Source: Piromyces finnis finn (lineage: Eukaryota > Fungi > Neocallimastigomycota). From it: DNA of 64,000 nucleotides. The stretch is taken from positions 310,001 to 374,000 of the forward strand of contig MCFH01000005.1 of assembly GCA_002104945.1 (NCBI GenBank). The letters are read 5' to 3'. This document shows, in pieces, positions 21,245 through 33,495 of the stretch. The notes below the pieces were generated by a model that did not search any database, was not told where the DNA came from, and saw only the letters and a program-made list of their open reading frames with translations. A program made the translations under genes and the position numbers. Positions within the stretch are counted from its first letter, which is position 1; every line of letters begins with the position of its first letter.

Positions 21245-23372
21245 TTTTGTTTATTTTTCTTATAAAAAATAATATTTCGTTAAAAATAAATAAATTACGT
21301 TTAGATATGTACGAATAAGATTAATAAGAATTATTAATAAAATAATTATCTATAATTTTAAATTTATTTTATTCTTTAATATCTTTTTTTATTATTAATA
21401 ATAAAAATGATAAATAATATTTTTTTTAAAAAAAACAAAAAAAAAACAAAGAAAATTGTAAATACTTCTTGGACTTAAATAATCAAAAAATGATTAATAT
21501 TTAGGTTTATTATTATTAATTATCATATTATCATGAATAATTATTATTTTAATATTTACTTAAAACAATTTATTATTAAATTTATATTAATAAATAATAA
21601 ATAATAAAATTTTTACCTACTTTATTTATTATAATTTAATATATATTATTTTTTGATCTATAAAATATATACATATCCATAATTATACATGTTTATTTTT
21701 TTTTTTTACTTTCTCAGTTTTTTTTTTATTATTATTAAAAGAATATCGAATAATATGATTAAAAGAATTAATAAAAAGAATAGATAATGCTTTTGAGTAT
21801 TGTCTTACAACTAATTAATAAAAAATAATATATTTAAATAAAAATAAAATATATTCATTTTCATTATTATTATATATAATTAAAGTATATTTTTTAAATA
21901 CTCTATTTAACAAATGCAAAAATTAAATATACTATATATATATATACTAAAATAGTATAAACATATATTCATCAAAAAACTAATTATATGATTTAAATAA
22001 TATAAAGTTAAATTAGATACATATTACAGTATAATAATTAACTTTTTTTTTTATTTCATATTCCTAAGCATCTTTATAAAATAAAACCATTAAACTAATT
22101 TTATTTTATACTTATAATTCTTTCTATTACTAATAATATTATTTACAACACGTTTCAAATTTAAATGTATCAAACAACAAAAAATTAACAACCATTAAAT
22201 TAACATAAAGATGTGATGTAAATTTTTAACCAATAAAATACCACTTTAAAGTTTTTTAATTATTTTTGGCTTTTTTATAAATTTCCAAAATTATATAATT
22301 TAATTAAATAATATATAGAATGAATAAAATCAAAATAAAAAATTAAAAAATTTTAATTTAAATAATTAATTTCCTAACTAAAAGTAATAATCTTTTATAT
22401 TATTCAATAAATGAAAATAAATTATAATAAATTATTAATTACTATATTAGGAAAAAATCATTAATAAATAATAAAAGTTAGGAAAAAGGAACAGTTTAAA
22501 ATTGCTTTTTAGGTATTGTATAATAAATAATTTTATTAATAAAATATTACAGTATTGGTAAGAACGAAAATAATGAAACTATTTTTATTATATATTATTT
22601 AAATAAATTAAAATAATTGTGAGATATAAAATACTTTTCATTATATTTTATTAAAATATTTATATAATTTAAAAAATTATCTAAATACTATAAAAGTTTA
22701 TGATATTAGATGTTTTGAAGGATTATGATAATAAATAATTTAAATTTAATGAAAAGAAATTCTTAGTAAAAGTATGAATATTAGTTTTTAAAAACATCAT
22801 CTATATATTATTTTTATTAAATATTAAATAATTATGAAATATTTTTAAATAATTAATAAAAGTTAAAAATGGCTCATAATTTCAATTATTATATGATTAT
22901 TGTTAATCTAACCATAATAAAAATTGAAAAACTTTATATAATGTAAAAATTTTTAATATCAAATATTATCATATCCATAACTAGAATTTATATGAAAACA
23001 TTTAAGATAATATGAAAATAAAAACTGTTTTTGCTAAAGTACTGTTAAGTTATTATTAAATATAATTAAAAATAAAATTATAGTAAATAAATATTTAAAT
23101 ACAAAAAAACAATTAATATTATTTAAAAAAGATATATTTTTTCATATATAATATTTAATAAAAATAAAAAAGAAATTAAATATAAATGAATATAATTGAT
23201 GTCAAATATTGGTATTTAAAAAAAAAAGATTTTTAAGTTTTACTCTTGTAAATAATAAAGATTGAAATATATTTTTTAAATTTTGTTTCTTTATTAAATT
23301 TTGTTTAAAATATATTTATATGAAGATGCTTAAATTTGTTTATAAGTATCTTGTAATTACATTATTTATTAT

Positions 23373-24182
23373 CTATTTATTTTTGAAACTATTTCTATTA
23401 CTGAGATTACCAAAGAAGCTAATTGAACTACTACTGCTATTATTACTATTGCTTTCTATACTATCAATTATCGTCATGTCATCCTTATGCTTTTCTTCTA
23501 ATTTTTTAAGACATGCATAAAATGGTAATACTGTAATTGAAAAAATTACAGAAATTATAATTAGATATGTTACAATATATGATAATGAATTTGTACCAAA
23601 GATATATATAGTTTTTTCAGTTGGACATAAACTTCCATCAATTGACCAACAATAGTATTTATAATTACTAAAAGTTTGAATTAATGCAAGTATTGGAAAT
23701 CCAATAAATAAAGTTTTTGGTAATTTATATGCGTATAGTGTTTGAAAAATATATAAGAAACTGTAAGTAATATATAAGAAAAAGAAAAATTGATTACTAC
23801 CGCCCCCAAAGGTCCAAATAATAGAATAAAATAGATATAGTAATAATGCATTACCGCATATTGCATTTTCAAAGTAAAGTAATAATGCAGAATGAAGCAT
23901 CATAAGAAGATGATGTTCTACGATATTAAAATCTTTGTGTATCATATTTGTAAATGTAATTTCCCAATAAAACAAGACAATTTGCAGTATTAACATAATT
24001 TTAATTTGGTAAACAGCGCCTGATTGTATGATTTTACGAGAAGGCCACATATATTTATTTATATAACATGAGCCAAGAGCTATAATTAATTGGATTAAAA
24101 ATATCCAATTAATGTATTGATTCCATTTTTTTGGAAATTGTGTACTATCAGACAAGTTGTTTAAAATTTCCCAAAAACCCAT
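23373..24182 (-). CDS. Intronless multipass membrane protein (269 aa), possibly TLC (TRAM/LAG1/CLN8)-like
   Basis: ATG-started ORF with roughly 6-7 hydrophobic segments and an HH motif (NIVEHHLLMMLH). The family assignment is weak. Confidence 0.6.
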   Translation of the reverse strand: MGFWEILNNLSDSTQFPKKWNQYINWIFLIQLIIALGSCYINKYMWPSRKIIQSGAVYQIKIMLILQIVLFYWEITFTNMIHKDFNIVEHHLLMMLHSALLLYFENAICGNALLLYLFYSIIWTFGGGSNQFFFFLYITYSFLYIFQTLYAYKLPKTLFIGFPILALIQTFSNYKYYCWSIDGSLCPTEKTIYIFGTNSLSYIVTYLIIISVIFSITVLPFYACLKKLEEKHKDDMTIIDSIESNSNNSSSSSISFFGNLSNRNSFKNK

Positions 24183-24677
24183 TTTATTTTTATTTAAATA
24201 ATATAATCCCTGAATAGTATTTAAAGATTTTTTTTCCCTCTTTTTCTCTTTTTTTATTATTATTTTTTTCTTCTTCTTCTTATTATTGTTATATTTGCTT
24301 TATTTTTCTAGTTTTTATTTTATTTCTAATTTTTTATTATAAGTTATCTTCCTTAATTTTTTTTTAATATTATATTGAAATATATAAAGAAATTTTTTTT
24401 TCTTTTTTTTTTTTTTTTTTTTTTTTCAATTATTTTATATTCTTTCTTTTGTAATTAATTATTCATTTAATTATTCATTATATTTCTTTTTATAATTATG
24501 ATTTAACATAAATATTAAAAATTATATGTTTTTTATTTAAAAAAGATTTTTTTAATAGAAAAATTTTTATTATAGGAAAATAGCTCATAATTTAAAGTTT
24601 AATAAATATTTTTTTTTTTTTTAAATATTTATTTATTTAATTTTCGTTTATTAGAGTCTTTAATAAATGAATTAAAA

Positions 24678-27600
24678 ATGAAATTCAATTTTTCCAAAAC
24701 TTACTCAAATAAAAGACTTAATGATAAAGTTTTAAAATTATTAAACAAAAATGTATCGATTAATAATACTTGTTCCGAAGAAAATATAAAAAAAAAAATT
24801 AAATTATGTGATAAACCGAATGAATGTATTTTTTTTATATTTTAAATTGGAAAAAAGTTTTATTATATTTTTAATAATTATTTATATATTAATTTATGCT
24901 AATATTCAGACATTTCATTTAATTAGTTATTTTATTTATAATTTTATTAATGAAATTATTAATGTTTTTGTTAATTATTTAAACAGTAATATATATACTG
25001 AAAAAGGAAGCAAAAGAGAGAGAAATTTCTTTAAAAATTTATTCTTCTTATTGGATTTCTGAGTTATTTTATGAAGAAAAGTTATGGGAAAATTTTTTCA
25101 ATGTATTGGATATCTTGAAGTTAATTTGTATAAAGAATAAAATATAGATTTATTTTTTTTAAATATTAATATTATAATATTAATTTTAATTATTATATAA
25201 TATTAATTTTAAATGTTATAAAAATTAGACAGAAACAATTAATACTATATGTCTTATGATTGACCATTTAGATGAAACACAGAGTATTTCAATAAATATT
25301 TTATATAAAAATATTATTGAAAACATAAGAGATAAATCAATTCAGCATTCTTATTCTTCCAATTATATTAATTCACCGGAGTATAGTAATTATATAATAA
25401 ATGTATTTTTAAATGTCTATCAATTTTATATCGAAATTCCACACATTTTCAATTTTAAGAATTTCATTTTTTTGTGGCTAGAAAATCAAATATCATTATA
25501 TAATTCTTTATTAATCTTATTTACAAGAATTGAAGAACAAATTGAAAAAGATTCATTAAAGCAATCACTCTTAAATGGTATATATAGATATAAAAGTGAA
25601 TGTATTATATATGAATTTTAATTTTATATTGAAATATTATAATAGATATATTATTATATACATTACAAATATTAATAAGTAAACACGAGTTTGATAAAAA
25701 GCAAGAATATATAAAAATTCTATTTGACAATTTAATTAATTATCCCATAAAATTAATACGAGATTTTAAGTAAGTACTATAATTCTGTTTTTTTTTTTTT
25801 TAAAAAATTTTTTTATAGTCATAAATTAATTCACTTTTTTTTTTTTTTAAATGGTTTATATTTATTTAATAAAATAGCAAAGATTTAAATAATAATAATA
25901 CAGTGAAGCTTTTTATTCATCAAATTGTATTAATTTCAATATGTAATCAGAAAATATTATCTATAGAGGAAAAAAAGGATTTTATCATTCATATATGTAA
26001 AAAATTATGTAAAACTTCTAAAAGTAATGCTGAATTTTTTCAGTTAAACAAAAATAAATCTAAAAATAATATAAGCAAAGAAAAAATAATTTTTCCTTTT
26101 AATAAATTATTAGAAATATATTCAATAAGTAATTATTAAAAATATTATATATATTATATATTCCTATTATATAAACAACAATAATAAAAGAGTTTATTTA
26201 TTCAGTTTCGGAATAGCTTAATAATCACAAAAATGTAAAAATAATTTTAGGTGATAATGATGATTATCAAAACTCAAAGAGTTTTAATGATAGAGAGGTG
26301 CTATTTGAAGCCATAATAAAAATATCAAATTCCATAAATTTGGAGGATAATTTTATTCTTAAATTTGTATATGATACTATAGATCAAAAGGAGGTAGATA
26401 TTTTAGGCAAAACCACAATAATTATATTTAGAGTATAAATAATATATATTTATTGTAATGGATAATTTATAAAATCTTAAATATTATTATTTTATTTAAA
26501 GAAAAGTATCAATTATGAATTGATATTTTCCTTGTTAAAAACCTTTATCAGTACAAATATCAAAAATAGTTTAAATAGCGAAAAAATGTTTAATATTATT
26601 AACCAAAAATTTGAAAAGGTGTTAAGTCAAAATATTGAGACTGAAGAAGATTATTTGAATTTCAAAACACTCTTTTATGTTATCATTATTTATTTCATTG
26701 AAAAGAAGAAAAATGGTGAAGAAGATAATGAGTTTGAAATATGGTTTAATGTAAGTAAAGATTGATAATAATATAAATTAATATAATAATAGTTAAATTA
26801 TTACCAATTATAATGATAGAGTAATACAATTATCTTATATTATAATGTTTTAATAGAATACTTTTAGTAAAACGCCTAGTCATTTTCAATGGGTTATAGA
26901 TAATATGAGACCATTTACAAATATGCTATATTTGTTAATATGTTATATTCCAATAGAATGTTCTAAGGTTTATATATATAGTTCAACTTAAAAAATTTCT
27001 AATTGTATTATTTAATATTTATATTTATAATTATTCTTAATTAAATATTAAAGTCTGCATATCATGAATTAAAATCAATGATACCGAATATTAAAACTGA
27101 AGATCAAAAAAGTTTTGTAATTGATTATTGTGAAAATGTAGAAAATAAGTTCAAAGAAATGGGAGTAGGTTTAAAAAATTTAAAATTATTATATCTTTTA
27201 TTAATACTTCATTTATGTAAAATATTAATCGAATAATTTTAACTAAATATTTTATAAATTTATTTAAAGTTTTCATTAACAAATCAAAAGGGAGCGAAAG
27301 GAAATGTTATTGAAAATGAAATTCAAGAATATATTGAGTATTATAATAATAATTTTACTATTTCGAAAAAGTTAATATCAAGAATTTTATTTAAAAATAA
27401 ATGGTACATAAATATGTTTTTACCAAATCTTTTAGATATTGGTAGAATAACTACTCCATCTCAAGTATCTCTAATGAATGATGAAAGAAAAAGGTTCATT
27501 TTAGCATTAAATGAATATGGCGAGATTCAAGAAAAAGCGAGGATTTCTAAATTTTTGTGGTAAACAAAATTATTACTATTATATTATATATTTAAGAATA

Positions 27601-30600
27601 TAATTATATTGTTAATAATTATAATATATATGTGTATATATGATTTAATATAAATTGTAGGAATACATATTTAGAAACCCATTTATCTACAACAGAAGAA
27701 AAGGAAAAAGAAGAAAAAGTAGAAGAAGAAGAAAAAGAAGAAATACCAATTAATGAAAATCAAAAAAATGATGAAAAAAATAAAGAAACAGATAGACAAG
27801 AAGAAGATAACTTTGTTAAAATTAAAGTTATTAAAAATAAAATTAATAAAATATTTGAAGATTTTATTCAATATTTATCAAGTAAAAATATTTCTAAAAT
27901 TAAAATGGGAATTTTCTCAAATAATTCTTCTATCAATAGTTCAAGTAAAAATATAGAAGGTAGCTCGAATTACAATTTAATAGAGTTAAATATTATTGGT
28001 ATGTGTAATAAATTGAAAGGCCTTTTTGATCAATATATCCATTATAAATATAACATGTCAAGAAAATTAGTTCAAGGACAGTCTGTTACTGAAAATTCTT
28101 TTATTATCGGGCAATTGAATATAAATAAATCATACATGTATTATAGAAAGGATGATAAACAACTTTGTTTTTCAAGAACTTTTTCATTTGATGAAATGGA
28201 ATTTGTTGAAAATCTTATTGAACGGTTTCATGAGTTAATTCATTGTGTAACTAATGATACAAATAAAGAATTTGTTAATTTTATCCTTTTTAAAGTTATT
28301 AAACTTCTTTCTAATTATCCTATTATCCACCCTCTCATTTATATAAGATTAATGCTCCTACTCTATGATCAAATTGGAGATATTAATGAAGGATTATGTG
28401 ATAGTTTATCAAGAATAATATCTATAATGTCGTCTATAAATTATGGGTTTCCTGATATACCCATTCTTCATACGAATAAAAGTAATTTAGATGATAATAG
28501 TTTTAATATTGATAAAGGTGATGAAATAGGAAATGATTTTTTAAAAGAATATATAGATGATAATATATATACAATGACTGAAAAAATTAAGCCAATAGAA
28601 GTATTATTGAACCCTTATTTAAATAATTTAATGTCTCTCTATACCAGTAATAAGTTTAATTATAAGGAAGAAAGTATTTTCTTAAGGATTGCTTGTGGTA
28701 TTCTATATTTTATGAAAAGTCAATCAGCATCTATTCATCTTTTATCTCATGATAATGATATTAAATCGTTTAATATTTCTAATATTCAAAATAAAGAAGG
28801 TATGTTTTATAATTTAACCATATATATATATATATTATTTATAACTCTTCTTTATAATTTAAATTTATCATAATAGATACAATTCTTTTTTACTTACCTG
28901 AAGAGCTAATATGTAGATTAGAATATTTAAATCAAAAATTAAAATTTTCATCAACTTATTTGTTCGAAAAAGATGTGAATTTTCTAGTTGATACAAGAAA
29001 CAATATCCAGAATTATATTAACGATAATGATACTGTTGATAATAAAATGTTACTTTATAGTAATATTAAAATTTTGAAGAGTATATTTTCATATTCATCA
29101 TTAAATTTGAATTATAAAGCTATTTCCATAAATCAATGGATCTTTTGGCAATATATGAATTTTAATCAATGGTTAACATTAGAAGAAGAAATGGAATATA
29201 TGAGATCCTTGATATACGGTGTTTTCTTAAATGAAAATTATTCCACAAAAGAAGTTTTTGATTTAGCACAATTTTTATTGTTAGAACTTGTAAAGTTTGA
29301 ATTATTGAATGAGAAAGAGTTAAATGTTAAAGATGATATTTATTGTATTGATAATGAATCAAAATTTTCCAAATTATTATTAAATTTAATTAGTGAGTTA
29401 ATATTAGAAGCATGGGATATTTCTCAATTAAATAATGATGATAATGATTATATTTTTCATTTAAATTGGTTAAATGAATGCTTATCTAATCTGTTAAAGT
29501 TTAGTAAAAAAAGTGTATGTAACTTGTTTATTAATTTTTATACTTTTAAGATATTTATTTATATATAATTAAATAAATTAATTTTATTTTCAACTCTTTT
29601 AATATAATAACATAGCATACTAAAGTAATAAAAAAGTTTATTAACAAATTAGTATTCTTCTCACCACAATTTTTTTTCACAAAAGGTTAAGTACAACATA
29701 TGAATTTTATTAATTATATTAAAAAATCAGAATAAAGGTTAAAATGAAATTATTATCAATAAATTAATAATTTGTTTATATATATATAATTAATATTTTT
29801 ATTATTTTTAGGATTAGAAATTGCAAAAATTAAAAAAGATTATCAAAAAAAAAAAATAATTAGTGAAATTTTTGGTAGTACTATATCATTTATTCAAAAT
29901 TATATTTGTTCTCTTGAAATAATGGATACCTCAAATAGAAATATAGTAGATTTTGTATGGAGAGGGTATAAACAATTTCTTATATCTATTCAAGCAGCAA
30001 ACATTACCCATGAATGCTGCTTTTTAAATGTAAGTTTAAATATTTAAATTTTTATGTTATAATGTTAAATATAAATAGTTTATATTAAATATTGTTATAT
30101 AGATGATTTCAAATAGTTGTCCAAAGTTTATTTGTATGTCAATTATCAATTTCGATGAACTTTTAATATTCAAGAATTTATCACAGAGAAAAAAAGAAAA
30201 AATATTATGTTGTAATCATCATTCAACCAATATCCACTTAATGTTTTGTAATATTAAAAATTTAATAAATCAAATTTTAGAATTTCAACATACAAAAGAT
30301 TTGTAAGTATATTATAAAAACAATAGTATGAAAGTATGTTTTTTAATAAATTTTATTTGGATGTTAATATTTACTAAATACAGGTCATTTATAAAGATTC
30401 CACAATTTATAAAAGAACACCATATAATTTTATCGTCATGTTTATTATTTATAACCTACCAAAAAATATTATTTAATAATAGTAATGAATATAAGAATTA
30501 TTGTTCAAAAATAATATTCTTTCTTACAAAAGAACTGGATTATACCCTAAAACAATTTATTGAAAACAAAGATTCAAAAGAAGAAATAAATTATGATATG

Positions 30601-31962
30601 TCATTTTACATTAATATTATATTAGATATTATTAATATTTCTATATATTATATTTATTATTATAATCAAATAAAAGAGTTGTTAGATTATAAATTTAATG
30701 ATAACAATCCAAAATTTGTTAAAAACTATAGCTTTTTTAAGGATTTGATTGATACGTTGTTAATTTTATATCCTAATATTGTGATTCAAGCTTTTTCTCT
30801 ATATAAAACTTCTAATATTGATAAAAACGAAATTAAAAATTATAATAAAAGTAATGATAAGACTAATGATATTAAAGAAGATAATAAAAAAGATAGTAAT
30901 AATATAAACAAAAATATTAACAAAGAAGAAAAAAATATCTATAATATAAATAATAGAAATAACAGTAATGTTTCTTTTTCAAATTTAATGGTTCATTTTT
31001 ATTATCAAGATAAATGCAAAGAAAAAGAAGTAGATTCAAATAAAATGAAACGAAAAGAAATAATTTTTAAAATAAAGTATAATTTTTTATGGCAGTCAAT
31101 TTATAACCTTTTTCAAACAACAATTGAAATAAATAATTTTTATATTGAATTAAGATTATTTTATTTATTTTGTTTTATATTTAATTCTGATATATTTAAA
31201 CAAGTTATTTCATTAAATCAACAAAAGTATGACAAAAAAACAACAAAACTGGTTATAGATAAATTAATAGAAAATTATTTTTATCTTATTAAATATTATA
31301 GTTATTATCAAAGTACAGCAGATTCAGAAAGTAATGTTAATAACTTATTATTAGAATCTAATTTTTTGAATGAATCTACTTTATTTCAATCTAATACAGT
31401 ATCATTTAAAGAATTATTTAATAGTATTACAGAATTTAAGAATTTACATACAGATAAAATGAATAACTATAAATTATCACCCTTAATTAATATACCAGAA
31501 AAGTCTGTCATCAACATTACTAATATTCTAATTAAATTGATCGAGTATTTTGAATCAAAGAATAAAGTGAAGGAAAAAAAGATAGAAAATAACATCAATA
31601 ATGAAAACTCGGAAAAAACAAAAAATTCTGAATTAGAGACTAATATTGATCAAGATCCTAATAATAATAGTATAAAGAATAATTTTAATACGAATTCAGT
31701 TACTAGTGCTATAAAGAAAACTGAAGAAGTTAAGCAATTACTTAAGCCATACAAAATAGATTTTGAGATATTTAGAATATATACTTCTAATAATATTGAT
31801 ATTATAAAAAAATTTGTTCTTTGGCATAATGATATAAATGATAATGAAGAAAATAAAAATGCAACAAGTCAATTAAATAGTGAAAGTTATTCAGAAAAGT
31901 CTATAAATGATTCATTTTATAAAATAAATATTATGAACTTAAAATCAGGCTTAATAAAATAA
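24678..31962 (+). CDS. FANCA: Multi-exon FANCA-like protein (Fanconi anaemia group A); terminal exon boundaries approximate
   Basis: In-phase GT-AG exons ...-26750, 26857-26967, 27054-27164, 27270-27559, 27661-~28800. They splice to INYELIFSLLKTFI...FEIWFNNTF...MLYLLICYIPIECSK...KSFVIDYCENVENKF...ILFKNKWYINMFLPNLL...DERKRFILAL, and later NFNQWLTLEEE. This matches in order the recalled human FANCA segments VHWQRVLSFVSALV, YADWFKASF, FLSELVPFESPR, RSLLTDYISLAKTRL, IFRRPYYVSHFLPALL, DSRVAFIESL and TYQDWLHLELE. The start ATG at 24678 and inclusion of the 30328-31962 ORF are inferred. Confidence 0.68.
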
Positions 31963-32749
31963 ATTAATATTCAGCTTTCAATTATATTAAATCATTTTTG
32001 GGTTATTAAAAATTAAATTTTTTCAATTTAAGAATTTAAAAAGTCTAAAGGAAAAAAGTTTTTTTTTTTTACTGATATTTGTATAAAAATATTAATTTAA
32101 ATTGAATTTATTAATAAACTATTAATAATATAATAATTATATAATAATTAAATTTAATAAGTGTATTAGGATGTTCTTAAATTTATGGATATAATAATAT
32201 AATAAATTTTAATTTATAAAAATTTATAAAAAAATAAAAAAGAAAAAATATATTATAAAACTAAAACTAATTAGAAAATTACTATAATAACATATTGACA
32301 TTTTTTTATATTTAAATAAAAATTATATATTTCTTATTAATGTAATTTCTGGGTATTTAAAAAAAAAAATTAAATGAAATATAAATATAGATATTCAAAT
32401 CATATTGAAGAAAATGATATTTTAAATATAAAAAACACTAGAATCAATGATAAAAATGATTTAAGACCGTTAATAATTTTTTTTTTTGGGATAAAACAAA
32501 GAGGTTAAAAAAAAGGAAGATGACAAAATTAAAATAAAAAAGGAGAAAAAATAAATGATGGAAAAAATATAAAGATAAAATATATTAATAATTTATAAGA
32601 TCAATTGGAGAAAAGAATAAATTTGTTGATAAAAAGTTGATGGAAAATTAATAAAAATCGGAAATGCTTATTTTATAGAATATGCATTATCATATTTTCC
32701 ATATCCTTGTATTATTTAACAGCTAATGGTGTATTACATATTCATCAAA

Positions 32750-33227
32750 TACATTAATATATCAAGATAAATATAATAAAGAAATAATTTTATATTTAGT
32801 AATTTGATATGATAATATTATCACAGCTAATTGAATGGAATGAATGTCAATTTTCATTTGATTTTGATGTTGCTTTATCATTAATATTTTTTGTAAGTGT
32901 TTATGAATCAAATAATATTTCAGTTTTACATATTGAGTCAGAAAACAAATTAACTGCATTAATGATTGCTTGTCAAACAAAGCAATATATTGTAGTAAAG
33001 ACATTATTTAACAAAAAAGCAGAAGTAAATATTCAAAATAATTTTAGTTATTGTCCTCTTTTGATTGCCATTTAGAACAATGATGAAGAATTAATCAATT
33101 ATATATTAGGGTTATAAATATCAATATTAAGATATATGATACATATGGAAATAATTCTTTAATATTGGCTTGTTTCATCGGAAATGAAAAATGTAAAATA
33201 CTTTTTGAGTTATAAAAGCTTCTTGTT

Positions 33228-33229
<2 letters not shown>
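32750..33229 (+). pseudogene. Decayed ankyrin-repeat gene, 5' part
   Basis: ENKLTALMIACQTKQYIVVKTLFNKKAEVNIQNNFSYCPLLIAI* followed by DTYGNNSLILACFIGNE (33138). In-frame stops and frameshifts lie between the repeats. Confidence 0.75.
33217..33229. repeat. Left target-site duplication AGCTTCTTGTTAA
   Basis: Identical 13-mer at 38639-38651; the left copy abuts the T28 run at 33230-33257. Confidence 0.93.
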
Positions 33230-33260
<31 letters not shown>

Positions 33261-33495
33261 GGCATCAAATATTTTAAACTTTATTATTAATTTAATTAAA
33301 ATTATAATACATGTAATATAAAAATTAAAATAAAATAAAAATAAAAAAAATATGTTTAAATAAACACAAATGAATAAAAATTGGGTATAATGTATTCTAG
33401 TAATTTTAATTAAAGTAAGAAAGCCACTATCATACTAAAGTATAATAATTGTATTTGACTTCCAATGGGACACCGAGCCAAAGATCAAAATTTTG

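Noticed and set aside
21300-23300. 2-kb extreme AT tract as a possible centromere or origin
   Set aside because: No repeat structure or motif distinguishes it from other intergenic DNA in this genome.
24808-30306. Separate small genes suggested by the ORF track
   Set aside because: Splice sites join them in phase into one gene, and their termini run into introns.
32699-32710. ATATCCTT resembling a U12 5' splice site
   Set aside because: It lies in pseudogene or intergenic DNA with no exon context or U12 branch site, and is expected by chance.
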